A stretch of 30,044 nt of DNA from a candidate division WOR-3 bacterium (GTDB lineage Bacteria > Hydrothermota > Hydrothermia > JBDRYB01): contig JBMFOM010000011.1 of assembly GCA_049969615.1 (NCBI GenBank), positions 1 through 30,044 of the forward strand, in the 5' to 3' direction. Positions within the stretch are counted from its first letter, which is position 1. Each line of letters starts with the position of its first letter. Under the pieces are notes generated by a model. It ran no database searches and was not told where the DNA came from. It saw only the letters and a list, made by a program, of their open reading frames with translations. The position numbers and the translations under genes were made by a program. Below are positions 8,681-17,650 of the stretch, piece by piece.

Positions 8681-9763
8681 TCATCTCCGCGGCCTGTCCC
8701 ACGCTCCCGAAACGCTCATGACGATCTCCCACAGCGCGGGCATGGGGTCATCAATGCCAAAATTGAATATGGGCCAGGGTCTCATGATTCCAAAGAAACT
8801 CTTCAGGGTATTCCCGAAGTTTTCGCACGATGCCAGGTGAGATAATTCACCCTTGAGCCAGTGAGCCTTGACGCCGACACGGTAGGCCGGTAGTCCCTCC
8901 GGCGGATTCCCGGCCCAGCAATCCACGAGGAGCCTCGGAAAGTCAATCCCGGCAACGATCGCAAGCGGCAAAGAGCCCCATGGCCTCGGGTTGACCTCTA
9001 TGAGATAATCCCCCTTGAACTCGCACATCGCGAGGCCCGCGAAGCCCTCGTCCGCGAGCCAAGCCTCAAGCCTTTTTAGGGTATCCGCGGGCATAGGGAT
9101 TGATTCCGCGGCCGAAGACGGTCCCCCTGAGGCGGGGACCTCCCTTATTCTCCTGTGAGCGAACCCCGCGCGTGCCCTGCCGCCCCACATGAGAAGGGAA
9201 ATCCCCCAGGCCTCGCCATTAACCCTCTCCTGGGCTATTGGCAGGAGATTAGCGTTGTCGCGCAGTATTTTAACGGCCTCATCGGGTTCCGTGGGTGCCC
9301 ACCTGGTTCCCTTCACGAAGCCATTTTCTTTGGGCATGTGGGACATCCTGCTCTTCAGGAAAACGGGCCAGCGTTCCCTTATGAATTCCTCGGATTCAGA
9401 GCTATCAGGCGTTGGTATCCCGAATTCTCGCGCCCTTTTTGCGACATGCAATTTATCCGAGAGCATGAGCATTACCGCGTGGCCAGGGCCAATTGCACGG
9501 CGGTTTCCAGCGAGGGCCATCGCGGTTGGTTCGGAGCAGGGGAGCAGGGCGTCAGCCTCAATTTCTTCAACAGCGGCGAGGAATCCGCGCATGTCCTCCG
9601 ATGGGTCCGGAACGAGCCTTTTGTTCCGGCAATACCTTGACCTGAAAAGGAAATTCTTCTGGCCTGCCAGGCCCGCTAGGATTACCCAATGGCCAGCTCT
9701 GGCCAGGCTCCTCAGACAGGCCCCGGCCGCGTTGTTATGCGCGGATATTATGGCTATTCGGAT
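8681..9763 (-). CDS. ATP-grasp (carboxylate-amine ligase-like) protein
   Basis: SRY, DKL, PVFLK, QERVNG, HRRIRE, GGPSS, EVNPRPWGSL and AGIDFP motifs. Start uncertain: TTG 9808 or ATC 9763. Confidence 0.8.
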   Translation of the reverse strand: MRIAIISAHNNAAGACLRSLARAGHWVILAGLAGQKNFLFRSRYCRNKRLVPDPSEDMRGFLAAVEEIEADALLPCSEPTAMALAGNRRAIGPGHAVMLMLSDKLHVAKRAREFGIPTPDSSESEEFIRERWPVFLKSRMSHMPKENGFVKGTRWAPTEPDEAVKILRDNANLLPIAQERVNGEAWGISLLMWGGRARAGFAHRRIREVPASGGPSSAAESIPMPADTLKRLEAWLADEGFAGLAMCEFKGDYLIEVNPRPWGSLPLAIVAGIDFPRLLVDCWAGNPPEGLPAYRVGVKAHWLKGELSHLASCENFGNTLKSFFGIMRPWPIFNFGIDDPMPALWEIVMSVSGAWDRPRR

Positions 9764-9769
9764 TCTGAT

Positions 9770-9799
9770 ATTATAGGCCCTCGTTCTGCGGCGGAGCAA
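9770..9799 (-). promoter_or_regulatory. ATP-grasp gene promoter
   Basis: TTGCTC-N18-TATAAT. Confidence 0.6.
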
Positions 9800-9881
9800 A
9801 TCCCGCAAATCATCTCAGGAACCCCAATGTCTTCAAACAAAGCGCAGGCGATCTCGTCCCACGAAATATCGTTCCCAATCG

Positions 9882-9911
9882 TTGCCTCGCAGACCACAAA
9901 AGGCTTAAAAT
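9882..9911 (+). promoter_or_regulatory. ftsK promoter
   Basis: TTGCCT-N18-TAAAAT, 9 nt before ATG 9921; no SD sequence. Confidence 0.55.
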
Positions 9912-9920
9912 ATCAGCACG

Positions 9921-12335
9921 ATGGAGTGGCTCCTTCCCCTGTTCTACATTCTCCTTCTGTTAGCGGTGCCCTGGGTTCTCATCGCTGGCAGGAGGGACAG
10001 GATATATCAACTAGTCGCGGCTCTATACATCCTGGTGGGCATTTTTCTCTTTATAAGCCTGGTCTCATATAGGCCATCTGCTCCACCGTACCAGAACTGG
10101 GGTGGCACTGTTGGCCATTACTCGGGCGCCGCATTGGCGAGCTCCCTTGGCCTCATCACCAGCCTCGCGCTGATTTGCCTCTCTTTCGCAGTCGGCGTTC
10201 TGTATTTCACGAGAAAACTCTCCCTTGGCAACCTATTGCGCGCTTTCGGAATAATAGCCGCTCTCATAGCCATAACCTCTGCTTTTCCGGCCACCGGTGG
10301 CGTTGTTCAACGGGTCATCTCTGGTGTTCTGGGGGGATGGATCGGTTGGGGAAGGTTTCTGCTCCTTGGCCTACTTTTCGTTCTGTTTCTCTGGCCCTTC
10401 TGGTGGATGGTAAAACCCATAAAGGATGGCGTGAAGAGACTCATCGGTGGAATCAGATGGCCCGCGTTTCGTAGAAAACCAAATGCTTTGTCCGCTGAAC
10501 CCGAACCATTTGTCAGACCCGAGGACAGGATAGAGAGCGAGATTGTTCATGTTGATAAGAAGCCAGACGAGCCGCCGGCGCATCCCGATCCTCAACCTCA
10601 TGAAACTGTCTTGGGAACTCAGTGGGCCGAAGAACCCGAGGAACCGGAGCATCCCAGGGAGCGTCTTGATTACTCCGGCCAGAACATTGATCCAAAGGCC
10701 CTTCTTTCGTTGTTCAACGAGCCATCACCCGTGAAGGAGATGGACGATTCCGAGGCAAAGAGAATAGCGGAGTTGATCGCCGAGCGACTCCGAGAATTTG
10801 GCGTTGAGGGCAATGTTGTGGATTTCAAGAAGGGACCTGTTGTTACCCGGTACGAATATGAACCAGCTGCGGGCGTGAAGCTATCCAGGGTTGTTGGCTT
10901 GGCTGATGACCTGGCCCTGCGCATAAAAGCCCTCTCGGTGCGAATGGTGGCCCCATTGCCGGGACGGGGACTGATCGGCATAGAGGTTCCTAATCCAAAG
11001 AGAAGGGTGGTCTATTTCAGGGAACTGGTTGAAAGGGACGAGTTCCTCAAATCGTCCGAGCCCCTTATTTTTGCCCTTGGTGTTGATCCAGGCGGGGAGC
11101 CGAAGTTTGAGTCCCTGGCACGGATGCCGCATCTTCTCATTGCAGGGACAACCGGCTCAGGCAAGTCCGTCTGCATAAACACCCTGCTCTCCTGTTTCCT
11201 CATGGCATATAAATATCAGGATATGAGGCTCATCCTGGTTGATCCAAAAAGGGTTGAGCTGTCTTTCTATGAGGGGGTGCCGCATCTCCTCATGCCTGTC
11301 ATTAAGGACAGAAAACAGGCCGGAGAGGCACTTAAGAAAGCGGTCGCATGGATGGAGATAAGATACAGGCACTTCGCGCGGGAAGGCGTCAAGGACATAG
11401 AAAGCCACAACCGCTCCGCATCCAACAGGGGCGATGAGCCCATTCCATACATAGTCATAGTAATTGACGAGTTCTCCGATCTTATGCTCACGATGGGCAA
11501 GGAGGTTGAGGAACCGCTGGCGCGTCTCGCGCAGATGGCCAGGGCGGTCGGAATTCACCTGGTCGTTGCCACGCAACGCCCCTCCGTTGATGTTATAACC
11601 GGCATAATAAAAGCGAACTTCCCCGTGCGCATAGCCTTCAAGGTTCCATCCAGGGTTGATTCCAGGACCATCCTGGACGAAATGGGCGCGGAAAAGCTCC
11701 TCGGTAAGGGCGACATGCTCTTCATCCCGCCAGGTTCAGCCGAGCCGACGAGGCTTCACGGGCCGTTTGTTTCCGAGGAGGAAACTGGCAGATTGGCCGC
11801 GGCGCTGATCCGCGATTATCTGACCCATCGTTTTCATGAAGCTTTCGGCAGGACAGAAGAGGTCTCCAGCTGGGCAAAATGGACAGTTGATGAGGGTCTG
11901 GTCCCCGCGCTCACCAGAGAGGACGAACCCGGCGCGGTAGACAGGCTTTTCCGCATAGCGGAGCGTGGCGCGAGAATTCTCGGCAGGAGCCACGAGGAGA
12001 TAGCGGATGAGCTCGTGAACCTCAGAAACAATTACTACATACCAATAGAGGAAATGGAAGAGGCACCTGTTGAGGTTCTGGGCGAGGAAGCCGAGGGCTT
12101 TTCGGGGGACCTTGACCCTTTGCTACCGGAGGCCGCTCGGCTCATTGTCGCCAGGGGGCAAGGCAGTGCAACAATGCTCCAGAGAAAGATAAAAGTGGGG
12201 TTTGCCAGGGCCGCGAGAATAATGGATCAGCTAGAGGAGCTTGGCATTGTTGAGCCAGGGGAGGGAACGAAGTCCCGGAAGCCGATGATCTCACTGGAGG
12301 AGCTGGAGGCAAAGCTCAGGGGTTTGGGTTTGTAG
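9921..12335 (+). CDS. ftsK: DNA translocase FtsK/SpoIIIE
   Basis: N-terminal TM domain; PHLLIAGTTGSGKS, IDEFSDLM, ATQRPS and GAEKLLGKGDMLF motifs; gamma domain LQRKIKVGFARAARIMDQLE. Confidence 0.97.
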   Translation: MEWLLPLFYILLLLAVPWVLIAGRRDRIYQLVAALYILVGIFLFISLVSYRPSAPPYQNWGGTVGHYSGAALASSLGLITSLALICLSFAVGVLYFTRKLSLGNLLRAFGIIAALIAITSAFPATGGVVQRVISGVLGGWIGWGRFLLLGLLFVLFLWPFWWMVKPIKDGVKRLIGGIRWPAFRRKPNALSAEPEPFVRPEDRIESEIVHVDKKPDEPPAHPDPQPHETVLGTQWAEEPEEPEHPRERLDYSGQNIDPKALLSLFNEPSPVKEMDDSEAKRIAELIAERLREFGVEGNVVDFKKGPVVTRYEYEPAAGVKLSRVVGLADDLALRIKALSVRMVAPLPGRGLIGIEVPNPKRRVVYFRELVERDEFLKSSEPLIFALGVDPGGEPKFESLARMPHLLIAGTTGSGKSVCINTLLSCFLMAYKYQDMRLILVDPKRVELSFYEGVPHLLMPVIKDRKQAGEALKKAVAWMEIRYRHFAREGVKDIESHNRSASNRGDEPIPYIVIVIDEFSDLMLTMGKEVEEPLARLAQMARAVGIHLVVATQRPSVDVITGIIKANFPVRIAFKVPSRVDSRTILDEMGAEKLLGKGDMLFIPPGSAEPTRLHGPFVSEEETGRLAAALIRDYLTHRFHEAFGRTEEVSSWAKWTVDEGLVPALTREDEPGAVDRLFRIAERGARILGRSHEEIADELVNLRNNYYIPIEEMEEAPVEVLGEEAEGFSGDLDPLLPEAARLIVARGQGSATMLQRKIKVGFARAARIMDQLEELGIVEPGEGTKSRKPMISLEELEAKLRGLGL

Positions 12336-12533
12336 GCCAATTAGCAACCCCAAATTTTGTGGCAAACTGTAAGCCTTGGGTTATAACCCAGATTGAGCGG
12401 TAGGCTGAAATCCAAGGAATCGCCTTCCGGCAAGAGATTGCAAGTAGTTGAGGCGTCAAATACGGGCTAAAAATTAGGCCTGGAGCAGATCTTACATGAG
12501 ACATCCTCTCAATAACCCTATTCTGGGACAGGC

Positions 12534-13880
12534 TCAATCTGGATTGATGAAACCCATGCGGATGGTCTCGCTGAGCAGTGTTTGCATGTCTTGAATAGCC
12601 TCCTCGCGATTGATGCTCTCAAAAGATGCCTCCAGTATTTCCAACGAGGAGGCGATGGTCCCGCGCTCAAGGAGCGAGTGCACAGCCTCGGCCCACGGGC
12701 CTTCAACCGCGATGTATCTGTTCCCTGTCCTCTTCCAGAAAAGCAGGAACGATTCCTCCCTGCCCTCCAGGAGTCTGAACGCCACATCCATGGCCGGAGA
12801 AAAGGACCTGTTTTGAATTTCAGGCAGAGTGGAGGAATCATCCCCAGCAAAAGAAACGTTTGGGGGTGGCTGATCCGTCTCCTGAATGCCCTCACGTTCT
12901 TCCAACCAAAGGTCTATTATCTCCTTCACATATGGGTCAAGGCCTCTGAGGGAACCATCGTAGGCTTTGCTCATGGATGGGCAGAAGCAGTCAATCCCAC
13001 GATATAAAGTCTTTTCCCGCTGATCGGCTAGCTCCCTGCAGAGGGCGCGGGACCCCTCGTCAAGGCCATCCCATATCTCCCGGATGCTGTTCTTTGTGAT
13101 GTTGCCGATGGTGATGGGGAGGGTGATGCATGGCCAGATATCTCCGTTGTAAGCCACATACAGCGTGTTCATGAATGCGCCGCATGGATGAGGGCGAACG
13201 GGAGGTTCAGGGAAAAGCCTGACGACCTCCCTCAGTTCATCCCGGCTGAGCCTCATGGATTCAATTGCTTCAAACCTGAATGGGTTGTATATCTTGACGA
13301 CAAGCTGAAAACCCGCGCCGGCGGAACTGAAAATTTCCCTCGCCTGAGATATCTCCCTGTAGTTTTTCCTCGTGATCACGAAGCACACCGAAACGTTCAC
13401 CCCTTTGTTTATGAGTCTTTTTATGTTATTGATCGCTTTTCCCCAAGCGCCGGCTCGGCCAACAAGCGCGTCATGGGTCCGTGGATTCGCACCGTGAACG
13501 CTCACGAAGACATGAGCGACCAGTCCTTCGGATATTGCCGAAAGCGCCCTGTCCGTGAGCCTTAGGCCGTTAGTCGTTATGGTTATGACAAACCTGAGCT
13601 GGCTCGCCAGTTCAATGAACTCCGGGAAATCCGGGTGGATGGTCGGCTCACCGCCGGTCAGCTCTATCTCAAAGGTCCCCATACGGCTCATCTCAACCAG
13701 TGCCTTCTGAAACAGCTCAGGGGGCATGAAACCGCGGCGGGTTATCTCGTCTCCCCAGAAACAAAATCCGCATTTTGCGTTGCAGTGTCTCGTTATACCG
13801 AAGTGGGCAATGAGAGGAATCCTCTCCCGGGTAGCCCAAACTGCGAGCCGTTCCATGAGCTGGGGTTCGCTGACTATCAT
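12534..13880 (-). CDS. Radical SAM protein with SPASM/twitch domain and C-terminal PqqD-like (RRE) domain
   Basis: CNAKCGFC (CX3CX2C), LTGGEP, TTNG, CGA..YNGDIWPC; the last ~90 aa show the three-strand/three-helix PqqD pattern ending ..DMQTLLSETIRMGFI. Confidence 0.8.
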   Translation of the reverse strand: MIVSEPQLMERLAVWATRERIPLIAHFGITRHCNAKCGFCFWGDEITRRGFMPPELFQKALVEMSRMGTFEIELTGGEPTIHPDFPEFIELASQLRFVITITTNGLRLTDRALSAISEGLVAHVFVSVHGANPRTHDALVGRAGAWGKAINNIKRLINKGVNVSVCFVITRKNYREISQAREIFSSAGAGFQLVVKIYNPFRFEAIESMRLSRDELREVVRLFPEPPVRPHPCGAFMNTLYVAYNGDIWPCITLPITIGNITKNSIREIWDGLDEGSRALCRELADQREKTLYRGIDCFCPSMSKAYDGSLRGLDPYVKEIIDLWLEEREGIQETDQPPPNVSFAGDDSSTLPEIQNRSFSPAMDVAFRLLEGREESFLLFWKRTGNRYIAVEGPWAEAVHSLLERGTIASSLEILEASFESINREEAIQDMQTLLSETIRMGFINPD

Positions 13881-15661
13881 GCCTCTCTCTGCAAAAATAG
13901 CCTGGCCAAAAGGGCGACCGACCAGGGGTGTGCGGGATAACCTATTTTTTCTCCGGGATGGACTCCGGGTGCGCCCGGGCCTGCAGCAGCCGATAGATCA
14001 ACCCGGATAAATCGCTCGGCTGGCCAGCTGGCGCTCAGTTGGAGCGCAGGGCAGTTATTCCAAGAATACGGCGAAGCGCGAAACCCTCCCGTGTGCCTTT
14101 CCTCATATTTGTAGCTGAGGCTGGGCATTAAGGCGCGTGAGTCCCAACTGACCCAAGGATCCCAAAGGATGACGAACCTTTCGGAGAACCTGTTTCCAAG
14201 ATAACCCTCCCCGTAGCCTCCGGAGGGAAGCTCACCCGATCTGCTGTCAAACATGGAGAATCCAACACCAAGCCCCGGCATCAGGTTGGGCGAAAACCCC
14301 GCCAGGCTGGTGACCCCAGTTTCCCAAGAGAGAGCGTCCGACTCGTTTCCTGAGGCCCGTGTGTATCTAGGGCCGACGGCCAAAGCAAAAGTCCAACGCA
14401 CTGGGAGCGATGTCTTGAGCTTTTCCCTCTTTGCGGCCGGAAAAAGGACATTGTTTAGGATGAGCCTATAGCCTGGGCTGTTTCTGTGCAGTCTCAGGTC
14501 AGTCGGTGGGTCACCTACCATGTGCTGGTAGTCCTCAGGGTCATGGCCTCCCAAGAAACTGAAAAATCCTTTGCCATAAGCGCCGTATATGTATTTGGCC
14601 TCCTCGGTTCCCTCAACCTGGCCCATTATGACTACTCCGGACTTCAGCTTATCCTTTCGGAAGCCGGTATCCTGGCCCATGAACTCCTTGACTACGCCGG
14701 TGTGATCCTGGGTGAGCATTGTTGGCACGGGATCAAACTTGGCGGAGAACTCAAAAAGGCTGAAATAAGTGTTTTCCCCACGCAGGGAAGCCTCGCGGGT
14801 GACATCAACATCCGAGTGCTCATATATATAAGGGCTGGTTATCAACTGTACGTCGCGAAAGGTCATGGACCTTCCGAAGTCAAGCCTTGACTGGAAATCC
14901 GGATCCGGCGGATCTCCGTCATAGACAGCATCGGTTATGTCAACCCCCTCCGCGGCGAGGGCTATGTCCAGGGTGATGGGCGCGGAGCACATGGCAAAAA
15001 GGAATCCACCTCCCGCAACATAGTCTCTTATTGCTCTGGCGACTGCCTTCTTCTCCTCCGGGACATTCGGGTATCCGAGTTCTTTGGCTATTGCCTCGTT
15101 GACCTCAACCTGTTTTCTGTACCAGTCCGCGTCCCTGTATGAGCCGTAGAATTTGCCGTATTGACCAGTGAAGTCCTCGTGGTGAAGGTGGAGCCAGTCG
15201 TATTTCCTGAGCTGACCGGAGAGAACCTCCCTGTCCCATATCCTGTCATAGGGGATTCCAGCGTAGTCAAGCGCGAGGGAGACGGCGTCATCCCAGGGTT
15301 CCTCATATGGCGGTATATAGACCGCAACGCGAGGTGCCTTCTCTAGGAGCACGGGGTTCGCGTTCGTCTCCTCCATTTGCGCTATAATTGAGGCGGCTTC
15401 AGAAGCAGAGATCACCCTGTATAGGACACCGAGGGAATCGCACTCCGCCGCGGTCGCTTTGTTGTTGTCGCACATGAATGAGCCACCATCCCAGTTCAGG
15501 AGCCATTCCACATTAACGCCCCTTTTCAGGGTCCTGTAAGCTATGCCATAGGCCCGGAGGTGGTCTGTCTGAGAATTGTCCATAGGGATGAACATCTTGG
15601 ATTGCGCGAATAGAACCCCACAGAGGAATGCTTGGCAGACAAAGGCCAAAACTGCTTTCAC
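13877..15661 (-). CDS. Secreted class I GATase-like protein of the Bacteroidota-type family often labelled 'asparagine synthetase B', with a ~175-aa C-terminal extension
   Basis: Signal peptide; IPMD..QTDHLRAYG, PWDDAV, DWLHLHHEDFTGQYGKF, FAMCSA, GGHDPED and SPGYRLILNNVLFPAA motifs. Start GTG 15661, 6 nt after TATAAT. Confidence 0.75.
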   Translation of the reverse strand: MKAVLAFVCQAFLCGVLFAQSKMFIPMDNSQTDHLRAYGIAYRTLKRGVNVEWLLNWDGGSFMCDNNKATAAECDSLGVLYRVISASEAASIIAQMEETNANPVLLEKAPRVAVYIPPYEEPWDDAVSLALDYAGIPYDRIWDREVLSGQLRKYDWLHLHHEDFTGQYGKFYGSYRDADWYRKQVEVNEAIAKELGYPNVPEEKKAVARAIRDYVAGGGFLFAMCSAPITLDIALAAEGVDITDAVYDGDPPDPDFQSRLDFGRSMTFRDVQLITSPYIYEHSDVDVTREASLRGENTYFSLFEFSAKFDPVPTMLTQDHTGVVKEFMGQDTGFRKDKLKSGVVIMGQVEGTEEAKYIYGAYGKGFFSFLGGHDPEDYQHMVGDPPTDLRLHRNSPGYRLILNNVLFPAAKREKLKTSLPVRWTFALAVGPRYTRASGNESDALSWETGVTSLAGFSPNLMPGLGVGFSMFDSRSGELPSGGYGEGYLGNRFSERFVILWDPWVSWDSRALMPSLSYKYEERHTGGFRASPYSWNNCPALQLSASWPAERFIRVDLSAAAGPGAPGVHPGEKIGYPAHPWSVALLARLFLQREA

Positions 15662-15667
15662 TTTTAG

Positions 15668-15696
15668 ATTATAACCCAGTTCCCGCGCAGGATCAA
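15668..15696 (-). promoter_or_regulatory. Sigma70-type promoter, leaderless
   Basis: TTGATC-N17-TATAAT-N6-GTG(15661). Confidence 0.7.
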
Positions 15697-15709
15697 ACAC
15701 TTTGCGGGA

Positions 15710-17650
15710 TCAAAAAGTTCTGGAGCCGCGTTCCTCCAGCCACCCAATAAAATCCTTATAAACCCTGTCCGAAGAAAGCGTCCTTCCGTCACCTATGACT
15801 ATGAGCTTTCTCCTCGCCCTGGTTATGGCCACATTGAGGCGCCGCCTGTCATTCAGGAACCCTATCCTGCCCGTTTGGTTTGACCTGACCAGCGAGAGGA
15901 TTATGACCTCCTTCTCCCTTCCTTGGAACCCATCAACCGTTCTGACCTCAACCCCATTGGGCAGGATCTCCTTAAGCAATTTCACCTGATCGTCATAGGG
16001 CGCTATGACCCCGAGCTGTGAGGGATCAAGCCCAAGGCCCAGGAGTTCTTTTACCAGCTTTCTCACGGCATCGGCCTCGCCAGGATTATGCCTGGATGGC
16101 GAGCCGCGCCTTCTCTTTTCTCGGGACCTTCCTCCGGTATCAAGGAAAACAACAGGCCTGTCGTCAAGGACAGGGTTCTCCGCGGGAAACGCCAATAATC
16201 CCGATAACTTCATTTTTTCAAGCCCATCCGCAGTCCTGAGCTCCCCGCGGTAGAATGTCCCTGCGGGAAACTCCATGATGTCCGGGTGCATCCTGTATTG
16301 CGTGTCCAGCAGGGCTGATGCCTCAGGATGCAGGCCTATCATCCTCTCAAAGAGGCTCACGCCAAGCCCTCCTTTCTCGGCCTCACGTGAGAGAATCGTC
16401 GGTGGCAACTGCCTGTGATCCCCAGCGAGAACAGCCCTTTTGGCCTTTATCAGGGGGATAAGCGTTGATGGTTCTGTCGCCTGCGTTGCCTCGTCTATGA
16501 CCATCAGGTCAAATTCCTCTTTCTCCAGAAACTCAGAACCTGCACCAGAACAGGTTGAGCATATCACCCGCGCTTCGGAGATTATCTGTCTGATTATCCT
16601 GGTTTCCCTTTCCCTGGCCTCGTCCCTGAGCTCATTTATCCTTCTCTCTAGCGAGACCCAACAAGCCATATCACGCATCCTGTCCCGCGGAATGCCCCTG
16701 CCTGATTTGTAATGTTTGGCCATACGTTCTATGTCGTCATAGGTATAGCCACGGCTTGATGCAGGGCCAGGGCCGGGATACCTCTCCTGCTCTTTTCTGA
16801 GCTCCCCTATCTTCTCCCATAACTTCTTGCAAGCCCCATATTCGGGGTGGGTCTCAACAAGCGCATCTAGACAGCGGGAAATTAGACCCGAAGAAACCTT
16901 TGCCGGGTGACCTATCCTAACGGGTTCAAAACCCTTTCGCATGAGTCCCTCAAGCAGGTTGTCAGTCGCCACATTGGAATCGCCACAGGCTATTACCCTC
17001 TCACCGTGCCTAAGGGCAAAGGATATTATCTCAACCAGAGTGAGGGTCTTCCCCGTGCCAAAGGGGCCGTGAACGAGAAACACGGGTCTTGTTCCCATTG
17101 CAAGGGCGAGGGCCTTTGCTTGGGATGGGTTCAGGTATGCCGGCGCGGAAAGCCGCTCAGCGCGGACAACTGGACTCTTCTTGCCCAAAAGAAAATCCAT
17201 GGGGAAAAGCCCCTCCGGGGCGTTTTTCAGCGCGGAAAGCATTCTGGCATATGTTATCTCATTTGACAGGAGGTCAAGCCTTACCCTTCGCCACCCAGCC
17301 GGAAGAGGCGCATCCAGAACCACAATGAAACCTGATCCCGTCTTCTCAAGGATAATGCCCTGGAGGCCATCTCTCAGGGGGTGATCTCGCGATATCATAA
17401 CCGTGTCCGATGGGCCTATCTCGTTTTCGGGTATATCGTGGCGCCTAAGCTTGATCAGCCGGCGGCCACCGAGCCACGGCCCTTTGTCTGAGGCTATCAT
17501 GTCCAGGATACACCTGCCCCTGGCTTCCCTGGCCTGTCCGGAAAGGCTGGCTATCTCCTCTTGCTGGGCCTGGAGTTCCTCTGCCCTCTCAATGGCAACG
17601 AGCCGGGAAAAATGCTCCCTGTAATCCTCCGGGTTCTTGAAAACCTTCAC
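15710..17650 (-). CDS. IGHMBP2/Upf1-like superfamily 1B helicase
   Basis: HGPFGTGKT, SNVATDN, DEATQ, GDHRQLPP, QYRM, TVDGFQGREK and RRLNVAITRAR motifs. Confidence 0.92.
   Translation of the reverse strand: MKVFKNPEDYREHFSRLVAIERAEELQAQQEEIASLSGQAREARGRCILDMIASDKGPWLGGRRLIKLRRHDIPENEIGPSDTVMISRDHPLRDGLQGIILEKTGSGFIVVLDAPLPAGWRRVRLDLLSNEITYARMLSALKNAPEGLFPMDFLLGKKSPVVRAERLSAPAYLNPSQAKALALAMGTRPVFLVHGPFGTGKTLTLVEIISFALRHGERVIACGDSNVATDNLLEGLMRKGFEPVRIGHPAKVSSGLISRCLDALVETHPEYGACKKLWEKIGELRKEQERYPGPGPASSRGYTYDDIERMAKHYKSGRGIPRDRMRDMACWVSLERRINELRDEARERETRIIRQIISEARVICSTCSGAGSEFLEKEEFDLMVIDEATQATEPSTLIPLIKAKRAVLAGDHRQLPPTILSREAEKGGLGVSLFERMIGLHPEASALLDTQYRMHPDIMEFPAGTFYRGELRTADGLEKMKLSGLLAFPAENPVLDDRPVVFLDTGGRSREKRRRGSPSRHNPGEADAVRKLVKELLGLGLDPSQLGVIAPYDDQVKLLKEILPNGVEVRTVDGFQGREKEVIILSLVRSNQTGRIGFLNDRRRLNVAITRARRKLIVIGDGRTLSSDRVYKDFIGWLEERGSRTF

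Noticed and set aside
12336-12533. dif site next to ftsK
   Set aside because: No TTATGTTAAA-like XerD arm found
13877-15700. Calling the gene asnB
   Set aside because: Signal peptide present; no Ntn-amidotransferase or synthetase motifs
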